Shown here: positions 24,441 through 39,000 of the stretch, one piece after another
Layout of the letters: each line of letters starts with the position of its first letter
Numbering within the stretch: the first letter of the stretch is position 1
From: Carcharhinus amblyrhynchos
Taxonomy: Eukaryota
DNA: 64,000 nucleotides
Direction: 5' to 3'
NCBI GenBank assembly: GCA_965287045.1
Contig: OZ336881.1
Coordinates: 53,816,001 to 53,880,000, forward strand
Made by a program: the position numbers and the translations under genes
The notes under the pieces: model-generated
Databases searched by the model: none
What the model was told of the DNA's origin: nothing
Seen by the model: only the letters and a program-made list of their open reading frames with translations

Positions 24441-26369
24441 GACACTGAAAAGACATACAATGCACAGGGGGATTAATTTATGTTTATATGCTTCGGCACA
24501 AGCTTGTTGCTCTCAGATATAAGTGCAATAATAGGCCTTCCTCTTGGATTTAAACATGACTGAGAGAATGACCGGATGCCTTGCAGAACACGACAGGCTG
24601 CTGCTAGAAGAGGGTGGGGTGGAACAGGGCTTTTAGCAAGAAACCATGTCCATCCGTGTTGAGCTAGCAAACCTGCAACCCAAACCTCACTGAGAACAGA
24701 TGCTTTGATTTTTGAGCTTTATTAATGGTTTCATCACTGAAATCTGCTAATGGTGCAGCCACAGCTCCAACCTTCAACGTTGGCAGTATCAGGAACCATG
24801 GGGGGATGAGTAGAGGGGCTTAGGCTGGCATGCTGGATATGCAAGGCCATACAGGTGGGGGGTGGAGGGCAGGGTGGTGGGATTGCACGAGTTGTCATGG
24901 ATGGAGCATGAGAAGTATTTGGGCGTTGAGGGCTGGTGGGGTGTTTTTGATTTTATTCCTTTTATAACTGGGTTGATGTCCCAGAGTACTGAGGCAAGTC
25001 TTTTAAACAGCCTGCACTGAATCTCACAGAATTGTCAGTGTGTTAGCAACTGACAGCCCCTGTGGCTATCTTTGCACTCTTTCTGGGAGCAGAAGGCATG
25101 ACTTCAGTTATCACCTACCACCCTCACCCTGGAAAGAAAATCCGATTGTCTGCTGCACCTTTTCCCAAGTCAGGTTTGTGGAATTGGAATTTTCCTGATT
25201 TGGTGCTCCCAACTCAGGAGTGAAGATTCGACCCTGGGTGTTGGTTAACAAGGAGGTAGAAATATGTAATGTTGCCTCATGTAAACGAATCCAGTATTAA
25301 GAGAAAAGATTGGCATCTGTTTTCCTACCTCACCATCTGGCTCCTGAATTACTTAACAGGTGCAACACATATGTGCCCAATGTCTCATTATGTGCAGACC
25401 CTGCCCCTGTGCTATCTTCTAAGATAGGCACAGTGCCTGTTTCTTAGCTGGTGGCTGCAACTGTAAAATATGAAGTAAATGTCTTCATTATCATGATCTT
25501 GCCCATTACCTAGCCAGGTTGTACTTTCTTGGATTAATAAAACTTAATAAAATCTTAAGGGTAAGGCTGTGGTGGTGGTGGGGTGGGGGGGGGGTGTTAA
25601 GGTAAGAGAAATATGCTTAAAATATCTGCAGTCTATAGGTCAGGATGAGGGAGAGTGGGATGGAAGGGGGATTCAGTGTGAGGATACCATATTTTTCACT
25701 GGATTCACCCCCACTGCTGGCCAAGACTTCAGCAATTGCTTCTCCCAATAATATTTCCATTGTTTCCTCCACATGGATTAGAGGATAGAGGTGTGCCTCT
25801 CCATCTTTAATTGGTTCTTGCTGCCTCTGCTGTGTGTGACCTTCTCCTGCAAGTGGAAAGGAAGTTGAGTGTCATGTAATATGCTGTGATATTGTGGCTC
25901 TCATAGTTTAGTAATGAAGTGTGTGCAAGTTGTAAGATATGAGGCTTGCAACAGTGTTACATATGTGAAGTGAGGTGAAGCATACGAATAGTAGCTATGA
26001 GTTTTGATATTTAGAGAGTGTTGCAATGTGTGTGACGTATTTTGTGATTTAGACTGAGTTTAGTGGTGCAGATATGGTAGTTGAAGAGGCATTTTGCTGA
26101 CTTTGCCCACTCATAGTACAAAACCGCATTTTCTTCTGAGCAGTCGCATTCCTGGCATTGACTTGCACAGCTATTTGCCCTCACTCCCTTCTCACCATGT
26201 GACTGTAGGGTTTCCTGACCCCAATGGACAAAGGACATCCTTTGTTTCCACTTCCCAGACCAAGTCCTCCAGCATAAGAAAACCTAGGTTCCCTGGTTCT
26301 CCCATATCCAGTCATTCTTTTGTCCTTCCTGGTCATGTGCAGCCAGCTTGCAAAGGATTTCCATCATCT

Positions 26370-26730
26370 GGAGAGATGGTGGCATGTTGGTAATGGCACT
26401 GAACTATAAATCGAGGCCCAATCAAATCACTGGGGACATAGGTTCAAATTCCACCGTGGTTGTTGGTGGAATTTAAATTCAGTTGATAAAATTTGGAATT
26501 GAAAACTAATCTCAGTAAAGATGACTATGAAACTATCATTGACAGCTGATTTGCTAACGTTCTTAAGGAAAGGAAATTTGTCATCCATCCTTGGTCTGGC
26601 CTAGATGTGACTTCAGATCCACAGAAATGTGCTTGACTTTGAAATGGCCCAATAAGCTACTTCGTTCAAGGGCGGTTGGGGCTGGGCAACAAATCGCAGT
26701 GATACCTATATCCCATCAAAGAAAAAAGGG
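26370..26730 (+). mobile_element. tRNA-derived SINE with a LINE-derived tail
   Basis: A-box-like TGGCATGTTGG and B-box GGTTCAAATTCC. The 3' end resembles that of the LINE at about 5590-5660. Degenerate relatives at about 5740-6080 and 34870-35215. Confidence 0.7.
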
Positions 26731-28444
26731 GAGGAAAAACATCTGCACTCTCCCCTTTAAGAGGTGCAAGCTAACTTTTAAGTAGTGCTAGTAAGTTGCT
26801 AGTTTTGAACCCCTGCTGATGCATGTAGCCAATGAACAGGGTTAGCACTCATTGAACGCATAAATCATAATATTGAGCAGGCCATACGAAGAAGCTGTGC
26901 AACCTGCATTGCAGCAAACTGTACATCGCAATATTCTTTTTGGGGGCTATTCAATTTAGTACACTATCTCTAATGAAGCTTTTTGTGAGCATTTTGTGCT
27001 CATTAAACAAAGAAAGAAGGAATCCTAAGATTCCAAGTAGCCCAAGTAAAGGAATATCAGTGTTCGGGTATTAGGAATGCAGATTTGATTCTCAATACCA
27101 GCATCAACAATCTCCCTAAACTCAGAATTTCATCCATGCCCAGCTCCCTGTAATATCCTGACAGCTGCTGTACCAGTCATATTAATTTCTTTAATCCTGA
27201 ACCTGAGTATTTTGGGAAGCTGTTTTCTCCTTATCTTATTTTTTTTCAGCACTTATGTTTTATAGCATAAGAGCTATAACAGGATAGTGACATGATGCTC
27301 CATTGCAAAAGTCTTCAAGTCACCTCATAAAGTAGTTCACTTGCAAAATATTTTTTCAGCAAGCATTTTTAGATTGAGACTTTGGATTGTTTATTTCACC
27401 CTGGATTTACATTGAAGGCATTCTAATTTTCACTTATAACAATTTACAATGTTAAATAGAAAACATAAAAAGCAAAACTTACTTTTTTTTGGAAAAAATA
27501 GAGCCAGCCAATATTCTTGAGCTTTAAACTTGTTATTGAATTAACTTCTTTGTTTAAAAAATGAACCTTGAAAATAATTGGATAACAAGGAGCAGAACAT
27601 AAATGAAGAAAATTCATTAAAAATAAAGATAAGTAATATCGGTCAATGATTCAACATTATTTGCAAGGGCCTCCTCAAGACCTAAAAAGAAAGAAGGAAT
27701 GATGCTTAATTTGGGTTGAAGAACAAATTTTCTGAAGCTTTAGCATATCATATGGCTAACAACCATGTCCTAATTGCTTATTTGTTGGTAAATGCTTTCA
27801 AACATTTTCCTGCTGCTGTCAACAAATGACATATTAACATGGACTGAGTGGTTGACATGATGCAAATGTTATAATACTAAAAATTTATGTTAAATTATAT
27901 GAAATTCATAAGATCCTCAGTTGTTCTCATGAGGCTAAATTTATGGTATTTTGTACCCATGGTTAGAAGGCATAATTTTTATAGGTACAGATATTCTTGA
28001 AGGATGGAAGGTAAAAAGCTTTGTTTCTTTGAAATTTTAATTCAACCAGACATTGTGAAATGTAAATTTTATGCTATAGTGAAACGCTTTTTAAAAGACC
28101 TTATGCCTCAAACTCTACAATACAGATTGCCATCAGCACTTGTGGATATTTTGTCTTTTGTAATTCTGGCCTTAGTAGAGTAACATTGATCATAAAACTC
28201 AGTGCCGATCTTTTCATGATGATTTATCTCCAACAGCATGTAATTTGAATATAGTATGTTTTAATGGTTAAGTTTGCATTATACATAAAATGATAGCTGT
28301 CTTTTGAATGTACAATTGGAGTTTTTCTGTCTGTGACTGCATTTCTTATTATGTATTATTTATAAAGATTCTTAACTTTTATATGTCAAATTTGAGCTAT
28401 ATCTTTCTGTAACTACAGTCTGTGCTATCTTCTTTAATTCACAG

Positions 28445-28495
28445 AGAGCATATTTTATTATGAAGATGAATTTCTACAATGAAATGGCTGTCAGG
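28445..28495 (+). CDS. SPATA17: SPATA17 coding exon 4 (51 nt)
   Basis: ttcacag|AGA ... AGG|gtaaa. Reads RAYFIMKMNFYNEMAVR versus human VAYYTMMMNLYNAMAVR. Confidence 0.95.
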
Positions 28496-31400
28496 GTAAA
28501 TAAATCTCCCTCATTATTCAAGAAATGATGGCATCAAAATGTGCTCTAAATATGCTTTTATGCTGTATTTGGTAATCTAAATCAGAAGCAAAGTGAGTAT
28601 CCATCTGGAAAAATGCCAAATTATTTTGCTATATGTAGTTAATATGGTTTGGACAAAGGAATTCAATTTATTGTATAAATTGCTCTAGAAGTATATTACT
28701 ACCAAGGAAATGGTTTAAAATGAAACATAATTTTAACAATATGCATGATTTGAACTTAACATTACAAGTATGTTGTCTATTAATCCATGTTTTGTCACCA
28801 TAATGCCATCTTGTGGGTAACAAAACAATAGATATTGGTTTAAAATTGCAACTTTATGAAAATACATATTATTTATTCTTAGAGCACTTAAATTATTGTC
28901 ATTGTATGCACCATTAAATGAAACCAGATTGGTACGGACATTAATATTTACTCTGAAAGATGGCACAGCTGGAGCTAATCAGTGAGGGAATTATTAAATG
29001 GGTTTCACAAAAATCAACCCAGTTCACAGTAATTGACATCAAAAGTAAAATGCATTTACCCAGGGATCTTTATTATGAAGTAATATATTAGTGTATTAAC
29101 ATAGTACACATCAGAATGTTTGATTGCAATTTTACCTTGTATTTCTTAATTTCATAAGGGCTTGGTGAAACCTGAACTGACTGGGTTTAAGCACGGAGCA
29201 CAGTTAAAAGTAGGACAGAAAGGAAGTCAGAAAACAAGTCATGTTGTATAACAATTAGGTCTGACATGAGAGCATAATTGGCAGAAGCCTGGAAACAGGT
29301 TGCTTGCTTCTTGGTTGCCCAGGCAGAAGGAGGTAAAGGAAATAAAGTTGAAAGCTCATAAATTGTATCTACTTTACAGGAGTGACGTTTAATTCAATTG
29401 TTTTAATGTTGCTTTGAATATGTGAAACAGTTATAGCAAGGAACATACCAAAGAATAACTTTGTATTTTGTAAGGAATAACAAAATATCAGTAAACAAAC
29501 TATAAAAATTAATTTTTTGAGTGCCTTAATAAGGTGTATATGCTATTTTTGTTCAGTACTATTTAGGAAGATGCAGTCATTGACTTGGGTATGAAATTCA
29601 TATGCGTAGCACTGCTTCTAGCTCTCTGAAGCTTTCCCAGAGTCGGGATAACCCACTGGCTGCTACCTGTGCTGCATTGTCAGAGATTTTATGTGCATGT
29701 GTGCTAGCCTGATTTCAAATTAGGTAATGTTTGGAGCTTTTTCTATTCGTGACTGCCTTAAAGCATACTGGAGTTTCTTTTTTTTTTGGAGATGTTTTGG
29801 TGAGTTCTTGCATTTGCTGCTGTTTTGCCTCAGGGATAGTGGAAGAGTAAGTGACCTGTCCAAACAAAGGCTCCAGCAGCTTATGGCGGCAACAGTACCA
29901 GTGTCTCTAGGTCTGCAGGATGGTAGAGACATGGAACACAGGTCTGGGGAGGGCGAGCTGTGCGCCATGCCCTCTGCCAAGTCATGGTTATACTTTGCTT
30001 GTGAGATCCAGAATCACTGAGTGGATTGGACACCATACACACTTTGCCCATTGATATCAGTATGGAATAGCCTTACTGGGGACTGAAAAAAATAAGTTTT
30101 GGGGGGTTTTCTTTACCTAAGATTTTTGAGGGCAGTCGAAGAGGAGTGTGGATGCTCTTCCTGACCTGAAGAAAATCTTCAGGCCTGTGACCAGCTTTTC
30201 AGTGACTCTCTCCAAATGTCTTCTAGCCTCGGGCTTAACTTCTGGTTTGATGCTACATGATACCCTCCTTTCCCCAGTGCTGAGCTGGCAATGACCTCTT
30301 TACTGTTTTGGGTGAAAATTGAAATTGTGGCTATATTGTTTACCTGAAATACATGCTAAATTGCTGTCATGTCAAAATTGATCAAAAAATTAATATAGTT
30401 GAACAAAATCAATTGGGAACATTTGCTATGGTATATAAAGTGTCATTTTGTATGAACAAATAAAGTATTATTTATGTTCAGAGCTTTTTGGGAGCCATAA
30501 CGTGATTGCTTTGCAAGCAGCATCATAGGTTCAAGGAAAAGCTGCTTTTAGTCACTACTTTTGCACTGATGGACAGAAATATTGGGTACGTAAAATACAA
30601 AAGCAGCAGCTTTGAAGTCAGATGTCAAATTGGTGATTTCCTGAGTGTACCAAAGCAAGAGTTTTAGACTAGCCTGCACCGCTTGGCCTTCAATTGAATG
30701 TAGAATCTCTTTAATATTGGGAGAAATCTAGGATGTTCCCACCAGCGCGCTCATAACACAAATTAATTGTTTTTCTGGTTATAGTGCTCTGCACGTTCAT
30801 GCAAATAGTCATATGCTGATGTTTCACCTGAGTAGGGAAAGTGTAATGCACAGCAAAGTGCAGCTGGTAGTCAAGTTTTGATCTGTCTGTTGGTCTGTGT
30901 TACAAGAAGTATATTAGAGTCCAATTCCAATGATCCATACTTAGATTTCGGGCTTGAATGACGTTTGATCTTCTCTCTGCATGGAGAATATTTTACCTGA
31001 TCTTACCTGTATCACCTAATAAAGTACCTGATGTATATTTTGTTTTTGGAAGAGGTAGGGTAAAGTTGGGAAGAAGATAAAGCTAGGTCGGAAAACTATC
31101 TCACCTGTCAACTCTTCTAACATGCCAACGGATATTAAATATGGGCAAGTCCTTGGACTTCAGCACTTCTATCTAATACAGTAAAGAATGAAATTGTGAT
31201 AATTAGGCAAAGGCCATTCATGAGATAAATTACTTGAAACTTCTGCCAATCCCCCACCAAAACACTGCCAGTTTCTGATTTACTTCGTAAAGGGTAGAAT
31301 TTCTGCCCACCTCTTTCAAGGCAAGTGTCATGGTGAGGTGGTGGAATTCTAAGTGGGGATTCCCTATGCTGAAAGTTCCTGATTCCATTGGCTTGGTACA

Positions 31401-32599
31401 ACCCTGGTGTATTGTTGGAGACTGTATGCCAAATGAGTTGAGGCACACTGGTTTCCAGCAAGTGAAAATTGCCTGACCACTGAGTTCCATGCTAGGAAAA
31501 TGAGCAGTAGACTTTGGACAATTATGCTCCTAGCTTCATGGAGTAGATCCAAACTGGAGGTGCTTCTGTAAAGGCGCAGGTGCCTTCCCGTTGCTGCAAT
31601 TAAGGTGCCCTTGTTACAAATCTGATGGGGCCAGTGATGGAATACCAATATTAGTAGCTTTCTGAGTATAATTGCCAAAATTGTGTCTTGAAGAATTTTG
31701 TCCCTTTATATTTTTTTAATTTTGGTGTTTTGCATATTGACTTAGTGGCATTTTTAACTCAATTTTTATTTTTACAATTGGAAATACCAGTTTCATAGAT
31801 TAAATGTCATTACAGTTGTAAGGCATTGAGTTGGTTGGCTTTAGACTGACATTACTTAATGAGGAATCTACATAATTGATTAGATGATTCTAAAGGTCAC
31901 TTGCACCTGACTTTTGGAGCGGGATATGCTTTGCTGTTGAGAAGATGTTATCTGCTGAGCACACATTTGCTTCCATTGAAATTTTCCAACTAGTATTAAT
32001 CAATGAAAATAATTTTGGCATACAAATAAGGGGTCAAAACTAAACAGAAAAAATGTGCCCAGAGTAATGTTTGGAACAAATAGAATTTTCAGAAACCTAT
32101 GTTTGAAAGAATCAAAAATACCTTTCAAATTTTAGTTATGTATTTTCTAACTTGCTAGTATTTTGTACATTTTTTTTCACGAAAAGAAAAGTTTGGAGTT
32201 TATTGTTAAATATGCAATTGCTTTACAAAACCTTGTGTGTTATTGTTCAGTTGACAGCTATAAGTTTTATGATATTGCATTTATACTTCTAAGAATTGAA
32301 AGCATTGTTTTGCCAACATTTTTGAAATGTATGGCTGGACCCTCATGAAAAATGCATTGAAGTTTTCTTTATGCAAAGATTCACACCACTGAATGTTAGA
32401 ATGAGTGTTGTGTTTTTGAGTTTCCTAATTTGCTAAATATTTGGATAATCTTGTGTTACTCCACCTTACTCTCATAGTGAAACATTATCTCTCAACTTTT
32501 CTTGAGATTGTCTTAACTCTGCCTGATATCCAGGTAACATTCATGCCATATGTTTGAATAGACTCTTTTTTACAAATTATTTCATATCTTTTTCTTCAG

Positions 32600-33545
32600 C
32601 AACAAGTTGCATCTGGGAGAGCACCTTTTAACGTAATGATACTTCCCAAGGTGCTTCACAGGAACATTGTAAAATAGAATCATGTGAGGAACGTTAGATC
32701 AAAAGACCAGAGAAGCTTAAAGAAGGAAAGTGAGGTGGAGAGGCAAGAGGTGTAGGAAGGGCATTCCAAAGCTTTGTGGCCTAGACAACTGAAGGTGCAG
32801 CCACAAATGTTGGAAAGATTAAAATCAGGAAGCACAGCATGCCAGAATTAGGGGAATGCAGATATTTTGGAGGGTTTGGGGTTGAAGGAATAAGGACAGA
32901 TTTGTAAATGGGGCAAGAATTTTAAAATCAAAATATTGCTTAACAAGAAACTGAAGTAGGTCAGCTAGCACAAGGGGATAGGGTAACAGGCCTTTCTGTG
33001 AATTACGTCACGAGCAGATGGCACATATTATGAGTACTTCCCCCTCTCTTCATGTATTGTCCACCTATCATTCAAATCACCCATCATCCACCCCTCTTCT
33101 CAAATAAAAAAAACACATCTCCCTGTCCTTGAAAACTGCAATCCCCCCACCTCCCGTTTCCTGTTCAAAGTCCCTCAATGTGCTGTCACCTCCCAAATCT
33201 GTGCCTATTTGTCCCAGAACTCCAGGTTTTCCATCCTGCCATTACACTGAACGCTCTCACCAAAGTTATGTGACAGACAAAGGTACACAATCTCTCTTCA
33301 CACTTGTCGAACCGTCTGCAGCCTTTGGCAAGATTGACCACGTCATACTCTGCCAGTACTTCTCCATTTTCGTCCAATGGATGAGACTGCAGTCACTTGG
33401 TTTTATTCTTACCAATTTAGTTGGAGCACCTGGAATGGGTTCTCTCCCCGTTCTTACACCATTGCATCTGGTGTCCCCTAAGGATCTATCCTTGATACTC
33501 TTTCAATTTTTGACATGGATGCTGCTCTTCAGCAACATCTGAAAA
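32600..33545. mobile_element. L2 LINE fragments (minus-strand 3' end about 32600-33000, plus-strand RT about 33040-33545)
   Basis: Decayed LVEPSAAFGKIDH (DLSAAFDTVDH) and SGVP.GSIL motifs. A related 3' end occurs at 42410-42790 and a plus-strand piece at 21520-21810. Confidence 0.65.
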
Positions 33546-34964
33546 TATAGGGTGAAATTTTGTGAAATTGGTCACTGCCAATGTGGAACCTTTTTTTCAG
33601 TCTGGAATCCAATTTGCCAATACTTGAGCTTTTCTGAGGCTCTTTAGCTCAGCTACAGCAATAGCATCTCACCGCCAAGGAAGCAGGCAGGATGATACAT
33701 CTATTCTGTCAAAGAAAGGATTTCTAATCAAAGGACAATGGCATGGGTTATAAAGGCTTACCAACACTTGGCTTTATGAGCCTGGCCTGCATCAACGTCA
33801 GGAATCAAGATGACATGGAAATCCTGCTGTGGGATCTTAGGGGCTGCAGCAATCTTTCCCAAGGTTAGGAGGAAGAGGACAACATTTCCAACCAAGCAGG
33901 CCTGTTTGGAAATGGCCAAGCACACCATCAGTAGAACCTCCAACCTCAAGACAATGTACCAAGAGAATCCAGAACCTTGCCATAACACTTTCAAGTGTTA
34001 GGGCTTGTTCCTAGAGATCTAGATCCTTGGTGCATCTTATGCCTAGACTTGAGTTGCTAGATCTGTTCAAAGTCTATTCCATCTAGCGCAGTAGTAGTGC
34101 CACATAACAAGATGGAGAGTATCCTTAATGTGAATATGGAACTTCACCGCCACAAGAACTATGTAGTGGTGACTCTTGCAAATACTATCATGAAAGGTGT
34201 ATTTGTGGCAGGCAGATTGGTGAGGTTGAAATCAGGGATGGCTTTCCCCTTTTGTTTGTTCCTTCACCACTTGCCACAGACTTAATCGAGCAGCTAATCC
34301 TTTAGGACTTGGTCAACTGTGCCATTCTTGGTGATGGACTTTGAAGTTCCAGAGCCAGAGTATATTCTGTGCCCTTGCCACCATCATTGCTTCCTTAATG
34401 GTGTCCAACATGGAGGAGTACTGCTTCATTAGTGGGGTGAAGGAGAGATAGTCCTTGATAATTAGAAGGCAATTTCTTTGCCTTTGTTCAGCCCCACACC
34501 ATGAGACCTTGTCAATGTTGAGGGCTTACAGGGTAACTCCCTCCTGACTGTATACCACTGTGCTGCCACCCCTACTGACCTTGGATATTTCTTGCTGATT
34601 CAGTGGGGCAAATGCAGGATTGGTGATGTTGGTTTCTTACCATTATTTACAAGCATGATTACATGAATATGACAATGTCAGGCTGTTGCTTGGATAGGTT
34701 GTGAGTTATCTCTCCCAATTTTTGCACCATCTTCCAGATGTTAGTGAAGAGGGCTTTGCAGGGTTGTCAAGGCTGAGTTTGTTATTATCGTTTCCAATAC
34801 CAAGTGGATTCCCAGATCTGTTTTCATTCCTTTTTAGATTTTATAGTGGTTTGATACAATATTTTGGGGAGCATTTAAGACCAGGTAAGGATGGCAGATT
34901 TCCTTCCTTGAGGCCTTTAGTGAACCAGATAGATTTTTACGACAATCGAACAATTATCTTTTAA

Positions 34965-35090
34965 TAAAAGCAAATTACTGCAGATGCTAGAATCTGAAAT
35001 CAAAAGAGAAAATGCTGGAAAATCTCAGCAGGTCTGGCAGTACCTGTAAGGAGAGAAAAGAACTGACATTTCGAGTCTAGATGACCTTTT
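34965..35090 (+). mobile_element. One arm of the Penelope-derived short element
   Basis: Highly similar to 10695-10815 (AATCTGAAA...GGAAAATC.C..CAGGTCTG...TTTCG.GTCTAGATGACC). Confidence 0.75.
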
Positions 35091-35659
35091 GTTGAATTGT
35101 CTTTTAATTCAAGTTTTTTAGTGACTGAATTAAAAATACACCATTTGCCATGGTGCATTTTGCTGGGTCTCTGGATTAGTCCTGTGACAATGCTACTATG
35201 CTACCACTAAAAACCCTCCAATGTATCTGCAATCCTTTAATTCTGACCTCTTGAGCATTGCAGATTTCAGTTGTTCCTCCTTTGTATCTTGGGATGTCTT
35301 CTACATTATAAGTGTTATGCAAATGAAAATAGCTCTTGTTTTGTTAATGATATGGAATGTGATGACATTTGAAAACCAATTCCAAGTTAAATCTTGGGCA
35401 AAATAAATTCTCAATTCTTGTATTGGTTTGCTCCTGTGATTTATTGCAAATCTCTACTGCACTGTGCTAGCAGTGAGAGGCTAGGTGTATTTGTTTGGGT
35501 GGAAGGGATAGAAAGATATTAGAGAGTAACCATGTAGAATTATAGAAGCCAATGGTAGATAACCCCAGGTTGTAAATGCTGCATGACATGGCAAGTCCAT
35601 AAAAAGAACAAAAAAAGACTTGAAAATGCTTTAATGGATATTAATATGGTATAAAACCT

Positions 35660-35865
35660 CCGGGCGCTCCGGTTTCCTCCCACACCCCAAAGATGTGCTC
35701 TTAGGCTGATGGGTGTACCAAATTGACACTATTCTCCCCTGAATCTGGCTACATTAGGGGTTCCACTCACATACACACAGGGCAGGGTAGGTGTGGGAAG
35801 ATGCAGCGGCGCGGGCTCGTTGGGCCGAAGGGCCTGTTTCCTGTGCTGGGATGTTCTTCGTTCTT
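35660..35865 (+). mobile_element. 5'-truncated V-SINE with CR1-type tail
   Basis: V-domain CTCCGGGCGCTCCGGTTTCCTCCCACA.CCCAAAGATGTGC and tail GGGCCGAAGGGCCTGTTTCCTGTGCTG. Confidence 0.8.
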
Positions 35866-35967
35866 TGTTAAAACCTATTGCTGTGTTGAAAACCACAAAC
35901 TAAACTTGCATGTTAATTTTTTAAGTACTTAAGGCACTAACTCACGTATTCTTAATTACATTGCCAG

Positions 35968-36071
35968 ATCCAGAAAAGTTGGCGTGGATATTATGTTCGA
36001 AAGTGCATCCATAATTACTATGACATGAAAAAGTATTTCAAAAGTCTTAGCATGAAAAATGAGATCATAAG
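35968..36071 (+). CDS. SPATA17: SPATA17 coding exon 5 (104 nt; IQ motif 3)
   Basis: gccag|ATC ... AG|gtaagc. Reads IQKSWRGYYVRKCIHNYYDMKKYFKSLSMKNEII(R). Confidence 0.95.
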
Positions 36072-39000
36072 GTAAGCTTCTGCATTTTAAAATGTAATCC
36101 CATGATCAATTTTTTTTATTTATACTGTTTAGAAATTTACATCACAAAGATCTAAAGAATTGCAAATTAATATGAGAATTGAAAATAGATACATTTCACA
36201 AAAAGTTTGAACCATATAAGATTCAAAATATTATGTGTAAATGTCAAAAGTGTATATGATTAATGAGACATTCACAACAGATGATACAGTTTGACTTCTG
36301 GTTGTTTGTCGATTTTTAGTTTCTAGTCCCATCTTAGAATCACTATAATCACTGCTAATGCCACTGACAAGATGCAATATTCACCTTCCGATTTAATTGA
36401 GTATTAACATCAGAGAATGTGATACGGAGTTATGTAAACCAGGAAATTACCAGAATCAGTTCTTGACCAGTGCTGAGTTAGCTTATCTAAACCATGGAAG
36501 TATTGAAAACAGTCTAGGCTAGACAGGGAGAAAAAAATTATTTTGGGTTTATTAGTGGAAAGTCATTCTGTATGGTTGTTGGACAGTTATCTATATTGCA
36601 TGATATGTGACGGCTCATTTTCTAACATCGTAAGCAAATAATGTTCGCTTAACTAAGTTGCCAAAGTCTGCTCGCAGATGCGGAATCATATCCCAGCTTT
36701 TGTCAGTAGCCCAGAAATGTTGGTGTGATTACATGCACTTTTTTTTCAGATAAAATAGATGTTTGACTATGTTTTATGCCAGTTTTGCACTGAAACATTA
36801 TTGCTTATAAATTTCCATGATCACTTGCACAAGTGCCAAAATGTGTCTGCCAGAATTCTCAGTCACCTACTTAAATAACTCTGCTAGCCTTGCAAAACAT
36901 GGGCTCACCAATGTTTCCTTTTTTTTAATGCAAATAATGTTCTGCCATAACATCCAAAAATCTGTGCGCAGCACAAAGGCCACCTGATTTCACCATAAGT
37001 GAGTTACCTAGAGCTCAATAGCAATTTTCCGTTTATTTTGGATAATTTATGGGGCCAGTTTTAAGTCATAAGTGTGGTAAAATCTTAGTCCATCTCAATG
37101 CATGACACAAAGTAGCTGGAGTGGTCTTGCCAGTGGTCAAATCCCTATTTTGCATATTGGAAGTGGAACAACTGAGATGTGATTCTGGGAATGGCAGCAG
37201 AGTGCCATTCGCTATTGACTCTTTTGGAAATATTGCAGTTGTGCCTTTTTTTTTCATTTGGAAATACACAGTTGAGATCTGCAGGATGTTTAGGCACTGC
37301 ACTTCAGTGGTCAAGACTGGTGTCATGAATTTTTAGGTAATTTCTGCATAAATGCAATCCAGCGAATTCCTAAATAGCTCCTTCAAGAGACGATGGCAAA
37401 AGACTGGATAAAATTCTTATCTAACATGCACAAAGCTTGCAAGAAGAGCATTTTGATTATGTGACATATGTCTAATTAACGAGAAAATACAATTTTTATA
37501 AATTTAATATACTTTGTAGTGGTGTTAAATTATGCAATATTTATGGCATCACACAATGTAAGATGAAATGGGCTGTATAATGGATGCAGAATAAGTTACC
37601 TTGGTGGATGATTGCACATGGTGCTGTTTAGAAGACCATCACATTAGCAATAAACCGTGAAATTTAACAGACAATATCATACAATTTTCAGTAACATTCT
37701 ATTGGGAGAAAGAAACTACTAATTTTCAATGTGAGCTGTTTACATCAACTACACTTACCTGAACATTATATTACCCTCTTTGTACAGTACTTAATATGTC
37801 TTCAAATTAAGACTTGTGTTGCTACAGTGATAAATTGATCTGATTAATATAAAGGCTGAATATGCAATTGGTAAGCTTGTACACTTCTAACCTCTAGCTA
37901 GATGTGCAAAAAATAGACCCGTGTTTGGATCAAACAAATGATATCATGAAATTAAAAATTAGCTGCCTGTTGCTGAGTCATGACATTAATAAAACATTAT
38001 TAGCTTGAAGCTCAGAAAAGCTGCTGTTATTTATTGCAAAAGTCAAAGCAAACGTTTTATTCATGTGCACAATCTTGAAATACTTTCTTTTAAATTGCTC
38101 TGATTTATTCTGGAGGGGACCTGACTTGGGAATACTAAAAGTAACATAGTAATTGCATCATAGAAGATTGTTGCTTTTAGTCAGTTCCTTGGATGGAAAT
38201 ATTGCAGTGTCCATCTTCTGATCATTCAACTTCCTTGCAAAATCACTTAATGAAGTTAGGAGACCCAAGTTCACTATCATAATTTTGAAATGCAGTTTTG
38301 CACAATATAACAATTTATCACTTGTCAAGCAGACAGTTTTAGTTTATACATTTAATAAGGGCATCCTTTAGTATGGGTAATTAGGACTGAACAGTTTGCA
38401 TATTTACTAAATGCAGAATGTCATTGCCACCACGGCCTATTGCCTACATGAATTATTTCTCTATCTGTGTTAAACAGCTGTGCAATTATTACTGCCATAA
38501 TCAGATAATTTCCCCTATGTAAGTTTTCTCTTGTGAGGCAATTAACTTAACCCTCTAAAGTTAAACAGAATCTTTACATAAACACATATTTGTCTGTGAT
38601 TTGGGATGGATGATTCTAGCACAAATTTAAATGTGAGATAAGTTGCATATTTGTATAGATGTAATTCAGGAACCTAAAGTTCATTTGTGTACATTTACCT
38701 GAAAAAGCAAAATTGCATTTTTTTAAAAATCTGATATTTACCGTTAAGATCTTTAAAATTGAGTATTTATTTTGAAAGGATTAAATATTTAATAAATTAC
38801 AGCCTATTTACAATTCCAATTTAATTATATTTGATTAGGATATTTTAGTTATACTATTTTAACTAGATTGAAATGTATTATGATAAACCATTTTTAAGCA
38901 TTGAAAATTGACATTGAAGGCAACTGTGCAGAATATGTGAATCTAAATATATTAAAAGTTTGAAAAAAATTATTTTTCTAATATATTAAGAACAAGCTGC

